Position numbers and translations under genes: made by a program. This document shows, one piece after another, positions 9,404-19,465 of a DNA stretch of 43,222 nt. Numbering within the stretch: position 1 is the first letter of the stretch; each line of letters opens with the position of its first letter. The notes beneath the pieces were generated by a model. The model worked only from the letters and a program-made list of their open reading frames with translations, did no database searches and had not been told where the DNA came from. Source of the stretch: a virus (taxonomy: Duplodnaviria; Caudoviricetes); the IMG/VR virus record IMGVR_UViG_3300017653_000087, positions 1 through 43,222 of that record. The stretch is one strand, 5' to 3'.

Positions 9404-10093
9404 ATGGCTTTTACAACCACAGACGCCCTACAAGAGATGCACGTCCTGCTCGTCAAGGACGTTGACTACCCTGACTCCTCAGAAGAGGACTATCAGGTAC
9501 GCCTGGCACTGCTGCAAAACGCCGTTCGTGTCTGGGCAAGTGAAGAGGGTGTGCTCTGGCGCGAGCTGGTCCAGACCTGGGAAGACGCAACAGGTGGAGA
9601 TAAGACCGTTGCAACCGGCGATCTCACGATCGACTGTCCGACCCTCTTTGACGGCTTCAACACCGCTTACCTCTACCTGTCGCTGAACGGCACCTCGATC
9701 CGCTACGACGTCGTTGACGCTTCACAAGCTCCCCTCTACGTCGACAACCCTGGGCAACGTGCCTGCTGGGTAACAGGTAACCCAAGCGGTGGCTACAAGG
9801 TGCGCTTCTCTGAAGCCGTCCCCGAGGACCTCAACGGTGCAACCGTCGTTGCTGACATCCTCGTGACACCAACCGTACCGACGAGTGGCTCTGACATCCT
9901 CCAGATGCGCGACCCGCAGTTTGCGATCTACTGGTCACTTGCTGAACTCATCAAAGACGAAGACCCAGGCCTTGCTGGGGAGTACACCCAGATCGCCGTC
10001 AACAAGCTCGCTGCCATGAAGCTCAAAAACGATATGCCTGCGCACTGGCAGGGATCAAACAGTCTGGATGCGTTCCCAGGCTTTGGTAATTAA
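9404..10093 (+). CDS. Head-tail adaptor / tail tubular protein A-like
   Basis: Size, helical ends and position before the nozzle gene. Confidence 0.55.
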   Translation: MAFTTTDALQEMHVLLVKDVDYPDSSEEDYQVRLALLQNAVRVWASEEGVLWRELVQTWEDATGGDKTVATGDLTIDCPTLFDGFNTAYLYLSLNGTSIRYDVVDASQAPLYVDNPGQRACWVTGNPSGGYKVRFSEAVPEDLNGATVVADILVTPTVPTSGSDILQMRDPQFAIYWSLAELIKDEDPGLAGEYTQIAVNKLAAMKLKNDMPAHWQGSNSLDAFPGFGN

Positions 10094-10096
10094 CCC

Positions 10097-12079
10097 ATGC
10101 AACTATCACTACCAAAACGAGACAAACCAAAAGACACGATCATCGACATCGACAACTTCTCTGGTGGGACGATGACGATGGTGGATGAGGCACGCCTTGA
10201 CAAGAAGTTTGCGAGTCAATCACTCAACCTGATTCAGGTACAAGACGGGCGCTGGAAAACCCGCTGGGGATTTGACTACTTCGGGATTGCCCTCGCCGGC
10301 GAGGACAGCATCGACGGCGCAACCGAGTACATCAAGGCCGACCAGAGCCGTGAGTTGATCGTCGTCGGTGGGACGAGTGGCAAGATCTACAAGTCGACCA
10401 ACAACGGCGCTTCATGGACCCAGATCGACACCGAGACGCTGACACCCGGCAATACGACCTACTTCCTCCAGATCAAGAACACTCTCTACATCTCAAACGG
10501 GGTGGACGACCTGCACCGCTATGACGGCACGAATATCGTAGCCTACAGTGCGATCAGCCAACCAGCAAACCTTGCGGCAACTCGCGGGGACGGGTTATCT
10601 GACGGTGGCTTCACGTACTACTACGAAGTGACAGCGCTCAACGAGGTTGGCGAGACAGTAGGCTCAAACGAAGACAGTGTTGTCGTTGACAAGGTCCGTG
10701 AGTCATGGAGCACCGAGGATGGCTCAACTGAAAACGTGGCGCTGACCTGGGACGCCGTGGCTGGGGCAACGCGCTACAACGTCTACATCGCAGAAGAATC
10801 TGGCTACCAGGTGTTTCTGGCAACCACTATCACCAACAGCTACACCGACAACAACACCGCAACCCCCAACGACTATATCGAGGCACCGCTTGAGAACACG
10901 ACCGCAGCTCCCAAGTTTGGTCCGATGGAGCTTTCCGGCAATCGCATCTGGGGCACCAAGAACCCTGACAGCCCGTACACGGTCTATGGCACGGGCACGG
11001 GTCAACAGCTCGGCAACTTCTCAGGTTTCTACGGTGGGTTCAGTGTTGACCTTGAGAAAGGTGGACGGGAACGGCCGGTCTCTGTCGTTCACTACCGCAC
11101 GGGAAAAGGTGATCCGATCGCAACCGTCCTGACCGAGACCCCAGAGGGTACCGGCTCCATCTGGCAGATCGAACTGACCACGACGACGGTTGGTGACTTC
11201 TCCTTCATCGTCCCTGTCACCTACAAGATCGTGGGAGGGATCGGGACCAACGCGCCACTCTCCGTCACCAAAGCACGCGACAACATCTTCTTCTGCAACA
11301 AGCGAGGCGTGTTTGCGCTCCGCAACAAGGAGCAACTCTTCAACGTGCTCTCAACCGACGAACTCTCGCAAGCCTGGAGACCCAACTATCGCTCGCTCAA
11401 CGCTGACCAGCTGCCAAATGCGTGCGGTTACTACCTGGACGGCAAGGTGTTCTTCTCCTTTGCGGAAGGCAGTAGCAACGACATCACGGTGATCTTTGAC
11501 CTCGAGCGCAACAACTGGAATTACAAGTGGACTCGGGGCGTGAAGCGCTTCTTTGAGTACACCGACACAGCCGGCAACACGCATTTTCTGGCGATCCCGA
11601 CCAGTGGCGGAAGGTTGTGGGAGATCTCTGAGAACTTCCTGGGCGACTTCGGCGCACCGTTCAACCAGTCGTATGTATCCCCACTCATTCCAGTCTCAAA
11701 AGACTCTACCGACGTCCTCAAGACCCGTGAGGCACTCGTGGAACTCGGCAGGCCTCGGGGCAACGTGACGTTCTCGATCTCAGGGATTGAGGCGAAGCGT
11801 GGCTTCTCATCTTTAGGCAGTCGGGCGATTACCGACAGCGTCTCAGGTGGCGGGTACTCCTGGGATCTGTACTCAAACGTGCAGTACTCAGACACGACAG
11901 GCACACCAACGACGTTCTCCCAGGCGTCGATCAAAAAGACACTCAGGATCAGAAAGCGTGTCTACGCGCTCCAGTACCAGGTGTCTTCAACCAGCGCTAA
12001 CACTGACTTCACGATTCTGAAATTTCAAACGAAAGGGAGGTTGCTCAACAAGCGAACGCCGAGCAGTTGGCGTAACTAA
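10097..12079 (+). CDS. Tail nozzle/stabilisation protein (beta-propeller) with Ig/Fn3-like insert
   Basis: NFSGG start, beta-rich repeats, YYYEVTALN..LTWDAVAGATRYNVY Fn3-like motif. Confidence 0.6.
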   Translation: MQLSLPKRDKPKDTIIDIDNFSGGTMTMVDEARLDKKFASQSLNLIQVQDGRWKTRWGFDYFGIALAGEDSIDGATEYIKADQSRELIVVGGTSGKIYKSTNNGASWTQIDTETLTPGNTTYFLQIKNTLYISNGVDDLHRYDGTNIVAYSAISQPANLAATRGDGLSDGGFTYYYEVTALNEVGETVGSNEDSVVVDKVRESWSTEDGSTENVALTWDAVAGATRYNVYIAEESGYQVFLATTITNSYTDNNTATPNDYIEAPLENTTAAPKFGPMELSGNRIWGTKNPDSPYTVYGTGTGQQLGNFSGFYGGFSVDLEKGGRERPVSVVHYRTGKGDPIATVLTETPEGTGSIWQIELTTTTVGDFSFIVPVTYKIVGGIGTNAPLSVTKARDNIFFCNKRGVFALRNKEQLFNVLSTDELSQAWRPNYRSLNADQLPNACGYYLDGKVFFSFAEGSSNDITVIFDLERNNWNYKWTRGVKRFFEYTDTAGNTHFLAIPTSGGRLWEISENFLGDFGAPFNQSYVSPLIPVSKDSTDVLKTREALVELGRPRGNVTFSISGIEAKRGFSSLGSRAITDSVSGGGYSWDLYSNVQYSDTTGTPTTFSQASIKKTLRIRKRVYALQYQVSSTSANTDFTILKFQTKGRLLNKRTPSSWRN

Positions 12080-12082
12080 CAT

Positions 12083-12634
12083 ATGAAGAAGGAATGTAAC
12101 AACTGTAGGACCGAAATGATAAAGACACAGGCGCTTAGTCGTCACAATTGGGAGATTAAGAAGTTCTGCGGACATCGATGTGCTGCGCTATACCGCACTG
12201 CTAGTGGCGTTCTAAAGAACACTGGCCGCACTCATTTCGTTGTCGGACAAGTATCTCCTCGTAAAGGAACGACGACGTCAGATGAACACAAGGCAGCGAT
12301 ATCGCGTGCCAACAGAGGACGGCAAGCATGGAACAAGGGACTCTATGGTCTGAACGCTGGAGACAAGAACCCCAACTGGCGAGGCGGGAACAGTCAAAAC
12401 TATCTAATCCGTCGAACACAAGCTTATAAGGCTTGGAGAAAAGCTGTATTTGATCGGGATGACTACACCTGCCGAGTTTGCGGAGACTTTGGAACATACA
12501 TAACAGCCCACCATATCAAGAGTGTGGCTCGGTATCCGGAGCTGGCTCTGGAACTGTCTAACGGAGCAACACTATGTGAACCGTGCCATGCGCTGACAGA
12601 TAACTATAAAGGTAGAGAAAGGAGGATAGTCTAA
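12083..12634 (+). CDS. HNH endonuclease with NUMOD3-like motifs
   Basis: HKAAIS, AWNKGL, NPNWRGG, VFDRDDYTCxxC..HHIK..NGATLCxxCH. Confidence 0.85.
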   Translation: MKKECNNCRTEMIKTQALSRHNWEIKKFCGHRCAALYRTASGVLKNTGRTHFVVGQVSPRKGTTTSDEHKAAISRANRGRQAWNKGLYGLNAGDKNPNWRGGNSQNYLIRRTQAYKAWRKAVFDRDDYTCRVCGDFGTYITAHHIKSVARYPELALELSNGATLCEPCHALTDNYKGRERRIV

Positions 12635-12636
12635 CC

Positions 12637-13851
12637 GTGGCGGCAAATATCAACGATTACTTCACAAAGGCAAAGGAGCGCTGGACCGGCCAGATCGGGT
12701 CTGGTGGTGTGGCTGACGCATCAGTGACCACCGTCCCGTTTGCGTCTTCAACCGGCCTCCCAACAGATACCGCCATCTACCTGTCAGTCGATCGCGTGGA
12801 CGCTAACGGCGATCCGACCCCCTCTAAGTTCGAGGTCGTCAAGGTCGTGATCAGTGGAGACAACGGCACCAACGCCGTTCGAGGTGTCGAGGGAACCGCG
12901 CAAGCTCACAGCGCCGGTGCAGTCGTTGAGTTCCTAGCAACGGCCGCAGCGTGGAACAGCCTCATCACAGGCCTGCTCGTCGAGCACAATCAGGACGGCA
13001 CACACTCAGATATAACGGCAGATAGTATCGAGGTTGACGGCGATCCGGTCGTCACACTTGATGATGCCCAGACCCTCACAGGTAAGACGCTCACAAGCCC
13101 TGTCCTCAACGGCAACCTAACCGGTACGGGTATCATCGACGAGGATGACATGGCCTCAGACAGCGCCACCAAGGTACCGACTCAGCAGAGTGTCAAAGCC
13201 TATGTAGACGCCTACAGTGGCAGTGCAGACGGCTGGACCGAGATCACCGATACCCTGACCTATGCTTCAGCAACCAGCTTCACGATCGCAGGAGTCGATC
13301 GCACGGCCGTCTACACCAAAGGAACTCGCATCAAGCTGACTCAGACGAGTACCAAGTACTTCGTTGTGACAAGCTCTAGCTTCTCGACCAATACGACGGT
13401 CAACATCACCGCAGGCACGGACTACACGCTTGCAAATGCTGCAATCACAGCACCGTTCTACAGCTACCAGGCGAACCCGCAGGGGTATCCAGGGTGGTTT
13501 AACTACACCCCGACCTACGCAGCCTCTGGGAGTATGTCATTTGGTTCGGTGACCACGAATCTGGCTCGATTTGCAGTCACTGGACGCGTATGTAATGTCG
13601 TCTTGCAGGCGTCAGGGACGGTTGGTGGCTCGGTCTCATATGGATTGCACTTTACGCTCCCGATTACAGCAGCACAGCGATTCAGTGTGAGCGGGGCGGG
13701 AGTGGGAAACACTGCGGGTACCAGTAAGAGTGTGGTCGTGAGTAACTACAACCTCAACTCAACCACCTCAGCTGAGGTCTCTATTTATGACGTTTCTAAC
13801 TGGTCAGCGGGGACACGTGATTTCTCGGTCGGAGCCAGTTACGAGATCTAA
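12637..13851 (+). CDS. Tail fibre / receptor-binding protein
   Basis: RGVEGTAQAHSAGAVVE N-terminal motif, QTLTGKTLTSP and PTQQSVKAYVD shaft motifs, T/S-rich beta C-terminus ending YEI. Confidence 0.75.
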   Translation: MAANINDYFTKAKERWTGQIGSGGVADASVTTVPFASSTGLPTDTAIYLSVDRVDANGDPTPSKFEVVKVVISGDNGTNAVRGVEGTAQAHSAGAVVEFLATAAAWNSLITGLLVEHNQDGTHSDITADSIEVDGDPVVTLDDAQTLTGKTLTSPVLNGNLTGTGIIDEDDMASDSATKVPTQQSVKAYVDAYSGSADGWTEITDTLTYASATSFTIAGVDRTAVYTKGTRIKLTQTSTKYFVVTSSSFSTNTTVNITAGTDYTLANAAITAPFYSYQANPQGYPGWFNYTPTYAASGSMSFGSVTTNLARFAVTGRVCNVVLQASGTVGGSVSYGLHFTLPITAAQRFSVSGAGVGNTAGTSKSVVVSNYNLNSTTSAEVSIYDVSNWSAGTRDFSVGASYEI

Positions 13852-13902
13852 TCCTTACCCGTTTCTCACATCCGTCTTAAACGGGAAGAGCACAATGGAA
13901 GG

Positions 13903-14250
13903 ATGCAAGACACGAAAAAACAAACGAACATTATGGAAGACCAAGCACGAAAACTCGACGCCCTGGACAAGCTTCAGCGAGCAGATCACGACACGCTCAT
14001 CCGTGTAGAGGAGACCGTCAAGAGCATCGCCATCGACGTCAAGGAGCTCAACAGCGGGTTCATCCAGCAGCTCGCAGCCCAGAAAGCAGAGATCGACCTC
14101 AACACCAAGGCGATCGGAGAACTCAAGGCGGGGTTCAACGAATACAAGACGACGATCAGGGTGCTCAAGTGGGTCGTGGGGACGCTGGTGGCAACCACCG
14201 CATTCATCCTGTCGACCGCCACTGGAGTGAGAGCCCTGTTCGACCGATAA
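13903..14250 (+). CDS. Coiled-coil membrane protein in lysis cassette (start possibly 13933)
   Basis: Coiled coil plus C-terminal TM helix, upstream of the endolysin. Confidence 0.55.
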   Translation: MQDTKKQTNIMEDQARKLDALDKLQRADHDTLIRVEETVKSIAIDVKELNSGFIQQLAAQKAEIDLNTKAIGELKAGFNEYKTTIRVLKWVVGTLVATTAFILSTATGVRALFDR

Positions 14251-14254
14251 ACCT

Positions 14255-14317
14255 ATGAGCTTACCGTACATACTCTTAATCATTCTAATCATCCTCATCA
14301 TTGCGAGGGTGATCTAG
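14255..14317 (+). CDS. 20-aa hydrophobic micropeptide
   Basis: MSLPYILLIILIILIIARVI; fills the intergenic gap; ACCTATG start context like neighbours. Confidence 0.5.
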   Translation: MSLPYILLIILIILIIARVI

Positions 14318-14326
14318 ACCTGACCT

Positions 14327-15268
14327 ATGACCATTACCTGGAAAGGTGCCCATAGCAACAACTACACACCCGGCCGAGCCGGCAAGCCCGTCCAGTACAT
14401 CGTGCTCCATTGGATCGTCGGCACCCTCCAGTCAGCAGACGCTACCTTTGCCAACCCCAACAGACAAGCGAGTGCTCATTACGGCATCGGTAAGACCGCG
14501 ATTCACCAATACGTCAGTGAGACCGATACCGCCTGGCATTGTGGAAACTTCGACTTCAATCAGCGATCAATCGGCATCGAGCATCAGGGTGGACCAGATC
14601 TCCCGATCGACGAGCTGACCTATAAGACCAGTGCCAAGCTAGTCGCAGACATCGCCAAGCGCCACGGTATCACTCTCAACCGAACCACTGTACGCGGACA
14701 TCGCGAGATATCGTCCACCCAGTGTCCTGGGACGCTTGATATTGACCGCATTATCCGAGACGCCAACGCACTACTCGGGGGTACGCCTCCCCAGGCTGGA
14801 GGTGGATCTATGGTTGAAGTAGAAGCATCCAAGTTTGAAGAGCTCGTGACCAAGTCCAGCAAGTACGACGAACTCGCTCCCCTCTATGAGGACTTGAAGC
14901 GCCAGTTCGACGAGAACAACCACACCAAGGACCGCACGATCGAGCATCTCAATGAGGCACTGACCACCAAAGACGGTGAGATCAAGACACTGACGGCCGA
15001 GAAAACCACTCTAGAGGCTCAGCTAGGAGAAGCGATCAAGCAACGTGAGACGTTTGAGGTCGAGGCCTCCCGCGTACCAGAGCTGGAGCAACAACTCAAA
15101 GAGACGACTGAATCACGCACCCTTGCCTGGGATGAGGTGGACCGCATCAAGAAAGACTGTGACCGCCGAATCGCAGAAGCCAACACCGCCAAACAGCACG
15201 CAATCGACAATGCACCACACGCATTCTGGCTGTGGCTGACATCGAGACTGAGGGGAGGTGACAAGTAA
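14327..15268 (+). CDS. Endolysin, N-acetylmuramoyl-L-alanine amidase (Amidase_2) with coiled-coil C-terminus
   Basis: IVLHW, SAHY, AWHCG, SIGIEH, GHREISSTQCPG zinc-amidase motifs. Confidence 0.92.
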   Translation: MTITWKGAHSNNYTPGRAGKPVQYIVLHWIVGTLQSADATFANPNRQASAHYGIGKTAIHQYVSETDTAWHCGNFDFNQRSIGIEHQGGPDLPIDELTYKTSAKLVADIAKRHGITLNRTTVRGHREISSTQCPGTLDIDRIIRDANALLGGTPPQAGGGSMVEVEASKFEELVTKSSKYDELAPLYEDLKRQFDENNHTKDRTIEHLNEALTTKDGEIKTLTAEKTTLEAQLGEAIKQRETFEVEASRVPELEQQLKETTESRTLAWDEVDRIKKDCDRRIAEANTAKQHAIDNAPHAFWLWLTSRLRGGDK

Positions 15269-15269
15269 A

Positions 15270-15476
15270 ATGGCAGCGAAGAAACAACCGACCAAGAAGT
15301 GGTACGAATCCAAGACCCTCTGGATCAACGGCGCACTCGGCTTACTAACCGTGCTTGAGATCGTCGTGGCTTCAAACCTGATCCCAGATCCTGAGTATCT
15401 GGCCCTGGCAATCGCCGTGATCAACATCTTGAGGCGATTTAGAGTCACCGAACCCGTCAAGACACTTTCACGCTAA
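15270..15476 (+). CDS. Putative holin (two TM segments)
   Basis: KKWYESKTLWIN..., two hydrophobic segments, INILRRF; directly after the endolysin. Confidence 0.6.
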   Translation: MAAKKQPTKKWYESKTLWINGALGLLTVLEIVVASNLIPDPEYLALAIAVINILRRFRVTEPVKTLSR

Positions 15477-15483
15477 AGAGACT

Positions 15484-15654
15484 ATGAACGACTACACGAC
15501 CGACAGCCGTGGCTATTACCACCGTGGCTACTACGAGCAGAAGCGCATCAAGCTCAGACCACTGGCAATCGATGACGGTGAGCTGATCATCGACAACCCC
15601 GAGGCGAGAGCCGAGAGGCAGAAGTGGCGAGAGAGCATCCGAACGTCTCGCTGA
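15484..15654 (+). CDS. Hypothetical 56-aa protein
   Basis: MNDYTTDSRGYYHRGYYEQKRIK...; ACTATG start context. Confidence 0.45.
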   Translation: MNDYTTDSRGYYHRGYYEQKRIKLRPLAIDDGELIIDNPEARAERQKWRESIRTSR

Positions 15655-15854
15655 CTGCGGATAATCGGCTTATACGCATAACGGTTATTATCAGCAAAGT
15701 ACGGAGGGGTCTTACCCCTCGCAGTCAAGGGTCGAGATGAACGGTCTACGACCGCCCTTGACCACTTCACCCCGCTCCCTGATAACAAGTAATCAGGCAT
15801 GAGCCTGATACTCAACATCATGACGGAAGGAGGTGAAACTAACTACAAACGACT

Positions 15855-16385
15855 ATGAACAAGTACACGACGATATACGCAGACCCACCGTGGATGGAGC
15901 GCGGTGCGGGGAAGATCAAGCGCGGAGCTGACAGACACTACCTACTCATGAAGACCTCAGCAATCATGAGTCTCCCAGTTCAGAACCTGGCAGCAGACAA
16001 CGCGCATCTGTATCTATGGGTCACCAATAACTTCCTGCCTGACGGGCTGGCAGTCATGCGAGCCTGGGGCTTTACCTATAAGACGTCAATCACCTGGGTA
16101 AAGGATAAGATGGGGCTCGGGCAGTATTTCAGAGGGATGACCGAGCACTGCCTCTTCGGGGTGCGTGGCAGTCTGTCCTACAAGACCATCGACGGCCGGC
16201 GTCAACAAGGACGAACAGTGATTCATGCTCCTCGCGGAGTTCACTCCCAGAAGCCAGACGCGATGCGGGAGATGATTGAGAAAGTCAGCTATCCAAACTA
16301 CCTCGAGCTGTTTGCTCGAAGACCAGCTCCTGGCTGGGACGTCTGGGGCAACGAGGTCGAGTCCGACCTGGAACTCGCAGCCTGA
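15855..16385 (+). CDS. MT-A70 family N6-adenine methyltransferase
   Basis: IYADPPW, LYLWVTN, TEHCLFG, HSQKPD, LELFAR, WGNE. Confidence 0.92.
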   Translation: MNKYTTIYADPPWMERGAGKIKRGADRHYLLMKTSAIMSLPVQNLAADNAHLYLWVTNNFLPDGLAVMRAWGFTYKTSITWVKDKMGLGQYFRGMTEHCLFGVRGSLSYKTIDGRRQQGRTVIHAPRGVHSQKPDAMREMIEKVSYPNYLELFARRPAPGWDVWGNEVESDLELAA

Positions 16386-16386
16386 T

Positions 16387-16426
16387 TGACCTCGGGGGTG
16401 TGACAGGCCCCCGCGTCAGGTTCTTT
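16387..16426. terminator. Hairpin between convergent genes
   Basis: TGACC..GGGGG..CCCCC..GTCAGG followed by TTCTTT. Confidence 0.45.
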
Positions 16427-16564
16427 GCTGATAAATTCTGTTATTAGTCCTAGAGTATTTGTTCTTTTCCCCGTCCACAAGCCATAGGCGACATACCCCA
16501 CCTAGCGTTACCATAATCCCGTTGTCCACCACCGAACGAAATCGGGGAAATTGTCCTCTTATGT

Positions 16565-17383
16565 TCAGTGACGGCGCAGTGGTCGTCCGAGTTCAGTGAT
16601 CACCACATCCTCGTAGGCAAAGGCCTCAGACTCTTTCTGCTCCTTACTCAGATCGTGCCTCGTTATACCGTGACCGGCGACACTGTGACCGACCTCATGC
16701 AGGAAGGTGTTGATAAAGTGAGGATCGTGGACGTTGATTCGAAACGCCCCACCTGATAATGCGCGAGCCTCGATCGTGTCGTCCCACCTGGCTTCTGGGA
16801 GGTACTCAACCGCCTCCCGATACCGGTGTGGCGCTTTGGTCTCCAGTTCGTCCAGCACGGCCGTCACAGCCCTCACGAAGTCACGCGGACCACTGATCGG
16901 AAGATCCACTCGACCTGGAAAACGTGGCGGTGCGATCTCAAATGGGAGCTTCTGAGGGTCCGGGGACTTCTGCTTACTCCAGACCTGCCGACGCTTCCCG
17001 TACTTGGCCTCAAGCGCCTCATCCTGCATCTCAAGCCCTGCAACACTGGCACCAATCAGCCACGGAGCGCTCCAGTTGACCCAGCCGGTATCAGCCAGCC
17101 GACTTGTGAAGCTGTCGTCGCTGTAGAGGGCAAAGATCACTTGGCCGTGCCAGCCGTCATACATCGAGCCCGATCGAAACGACGTGCCAAACTCCTTGAC
17201 TGTCCAGAGCGCAAGCCCAGGCGACTGGATCCAGCGTGCTGGCAGGTCGTGGATGGTTCTCTCAGCATCCCGCAGACTACAACCAACGAACAATGGGAAT
17301 CGCTCAGCAGGACCGGTGATCTCCAGCCCAAACACGACCGAGCCGTGATACCTGAAACTGTCGACGATCGCGAGACGATACAT
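16565..17383 (-). CDS. Hypothetical protein with C-terminal zincin-like HExxH domain
   Basis: FLHEVGH...E motif; divergent from parA. Confidence 0.55.
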   Translation of the reverse strand: MYRLAIVDSFRYHGSVVFGLEITGPAERFPLFVGCSLRDAERTIHDLPARWIQSPGLALWTVKEFGTSFRSGSMYDGWHGQVIFALYSDDSFTSRLADTGWVNWSAPWLIGASVAGLEMQDEALEAKYGKRRQVWSKQKSPDPQKLPFEIAPPRFPGRVDLPISGPRDFVRAVTAVLDELETKAPHRYREAVEYLPEARWDDTIEARALSGGAFRINVHDPHFINTFLHEVGHSVAGHGITRHDLSKEQKESEAFAYEDVVITELGRPLRRH

Positions 17384-17433
17384 GCGTCATATCCCAACTA
17401 GGATCTTAAACGTTTGTTCGTTACAATCATCGC

Positions 17434-18183
17434 ATGATAGTAGCAACAGCGTCGCAAAAAGGAGGGGTCGGGAAGACGGCAACGGCACTCAACGTGTCGG
17501 CGTGTCTTGGCCTGCGCACGCTCCTTGTCGACCTGGACCCACAAGGGGCCTGCTCGATCTCTCTGGGGATCGACGCCGACAGCCTTGAAACGACCATCTA
17601 CGAGGCGCTCACCGAGCGAGCCAGTATCCGCGATGCGATTCTCCCGACATCCTACGGATTCGATCTTGCCCCGTCAAACATTGATTTGGCTGAGGCTGAA
17701 CTTGCGCTCGCTGCAACACCAGGCCGAGAGTTCGCTCTGAAGCGAGCACTCGCACCTGTCGCCGGCGAGTACAGCCACATCGTGATTGATACCCCACCCA
17801 CGTTGGGCCTGCTGACGATGAACGCCTTTGCGGTAGCTGATAGCGTCCTGATCCCGGTCTCAACGCAGCTGCTCTCACTCCGAGGCCTGGCTACCCTCAT
17901 GGACACGATCGAGAAGATCAGGCGCTACTCGATCAACCCTGACCTTAAGGTGTTGGGCATCCTGCCGACCAAGTATGACGGACGGACGATCCACGCTCGT
18001 CAGGTGCTCGAGTACCTGGGCAACTTCGCCCACGAAAACCATATTCGGCTGTTCAGCCCCGTGAGGTCCACGGTGCGCTTTGATGAGGCAGTCAACGAGC
18101 ACACACCCTATGTGCTGCTGTACCCCGACGATGAGGCCTCACACGCCTACGAGGAGGTCGCTTCCTATGTCCGCCAGACGTAA
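17434..18183 (+). CDS. parA: ParA/Soj partition ATPase
   Basis: KGGVGKT deviant Walker A, LLVDLDPQG, IVIDTPP; TACAAT 7 nt before the ATG suggests a leaderless transcript. Confidence 0.95.
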   Translation: MIVATASQKGGVGKTATALNVSACLGLRTLLVDLDPQGACSISLGIDADSLETTIYEALTERASIRDAILPTSYGFDLAPSNIDLAEAELALAATPGREFALKRALAPVAGEYSHIVIDTPPTLGLLTMNAFAVADSVLIPVSTQLLSLRGLATLMDTIEKIRRYSINPDLKVLGILPTKYDGRTIHARQVLEYLGNFAHENHIRLFSPVRSTVRFDEAVNEHTPYVLLYPDDEASHAYEEVASYVRQT

Positions 18184-18439
18184 GTCCAAGGAGCTTGATA
18201 CCAGTCTATTCCGTACTCCAGAACACATCGAACAGGGGCAGACCCCAGCCTCTCGGGATATGTCCCCTGTCGCAGAGCAAGCAGAGCCACGATTGAAGCG
18301 TGCGAGCTTTGACCTGCGCGAAGAACAGATACTCGACCTGAACGACCTCAAGACCAAGCTCGCTAGACAAGGTATCAAGCGCCGCATCTCAGACCTGGCG
18401 CAAGAAGCCATCGACGACCTGCTTGCCAAATACGGGTAA
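18167..18439 (+). CDS. Small ParA partner (type Ib, RHH/ParG-like adaptor)
   Basis: Overlaps parA stop; GAGGAGG upstream; flexible N-terminus then RASFDL...ISDLAQEAIDDLL. Confidence 0.65.
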   Translation: MSARRKSKELDTSLFRTPEHIEQGQTPASRDMSPVAEQAEPRLKRASFDLREEQILDLNDLKTKLARQGIKRRISDLAQEAIDDLLAKYG

Positions 18440-18484
18440 GGCGCTACACTGGACGTGAGATAGCCTTGCGTCTAGGTAAGACTT

Positions 18485-19207
18485 GTGACAGATAGTCAAC
18501 GGTTTGAGGGGTTTGACCGCCCTCGCTATACACCGACGCCAGATGCTCTTTTCGATGAGCTCCTGCCTGACCTGTCGCTCGTCGAGCTACGGGTACTCCT
18601 CTATATCATCCGTCGCACGTTCGGCTTCAAGAAAGACTCAGACGCGATCTCCGTTGCTCAAATGGAGTCTGGCATCACCACCCGCGACGGTCGCCGGCTT
18701 GATCGTGGGACTGGGTTGTCCACGGCGGGTGTCAGAAAAGGTCTGCGTGGCCTGCTCGATCGTGGCGTGATTGTGGCAATCGCCAACACCGATGAGACCG
18801 GAGCAAGCCTCCCCACCACCTACGCACTACGTTTCAAAGACGAGGGAACACACACGTCACAGGAGGGGGTTTCCACCCGTACACCCTCCCCTGTTACAGG
18901 CGTAGACCCCTCCCCTGCACAGGTGAACACCCACAAGAAACAGTTACAAGATACAGAGGAACAAGAGGATTCGAAATTCGAGTTTGAATCGTTTCTAAGA
19001 GATTTTGCTCGGGAGTTTCGGGATCGCGCACCGATCAGGAGCACCCTGAAACGAGCACAGAACCTCCTCGATGGCATGGACTACCACGATGCGCGGGATG
19101 CCCTCTACGAGGCCCGTAGACGCACCCGTGAGGCCACTAACGTCAAGAACCGCACCGCCTACTTCTTCGCCGTCCTGGAGGAGCTCGTCAACAATCCGAC
19201 TTCCTGA
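18485..19207 (+). CDS. Replication initiator (lambda O-like winged helix N-terminus)
   Basis: YTPTPDALFDELL..LSLVELRVLLYIIRRTFGF..DAIS; low-complexity middle containing DNA repeats. Confidence 0.75.
   Translation: MTDSQRFEGFDRPRYTPTPDALFDELLPDLSLVELRVLLYIIRRTFGFKKDSDAISVAQMESGITTRDGRRLDRGTGLSTAGVRKGLRGLLDRGVIVAIANTDETGASLPTTYALRFKDEGTHTSQEGVSTRTPSPVTGVDPSPAQVNTHKKQLQDTEEQEDSKFEFESFLRDFAREFRDRAPIRSTLKRAQNLLDGMDYHDARDALYEARRRTREATNVKNRTAYFFAVLEELVNNPTS
18859..18923. repeat. Candidate iterons/origin inside the initiator gene
   Basis: CCCTCCCCTG at 18884 and 18908, each followed by ACAGG; inverted-like ACAGGAGGGGGT at 18859. Confidence 0.45.
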
Positions 19208-19465
19208 TCGATCTCCTACCCGGTTTCCTTGCCCTGACGCTGAATATCAGCCCTTGCGCGTCGGGTGACATGTCGGTAACTTACCCTTATCTCTCCTGTG
19301 AGTACAGACTGTGAACGGGTACCGGATGTATCCGCTCCGACATTTCAATCACTCCCGGCGCCGAGGCCTCGCGTTCACTGAAATGTCTCCGCTCTTGGCT
19401 GCGCACAGGTATGCGAAGCAGGAGCACCCTGCTCCGCAACCTATAATGATGGGAGGTGATAACTA

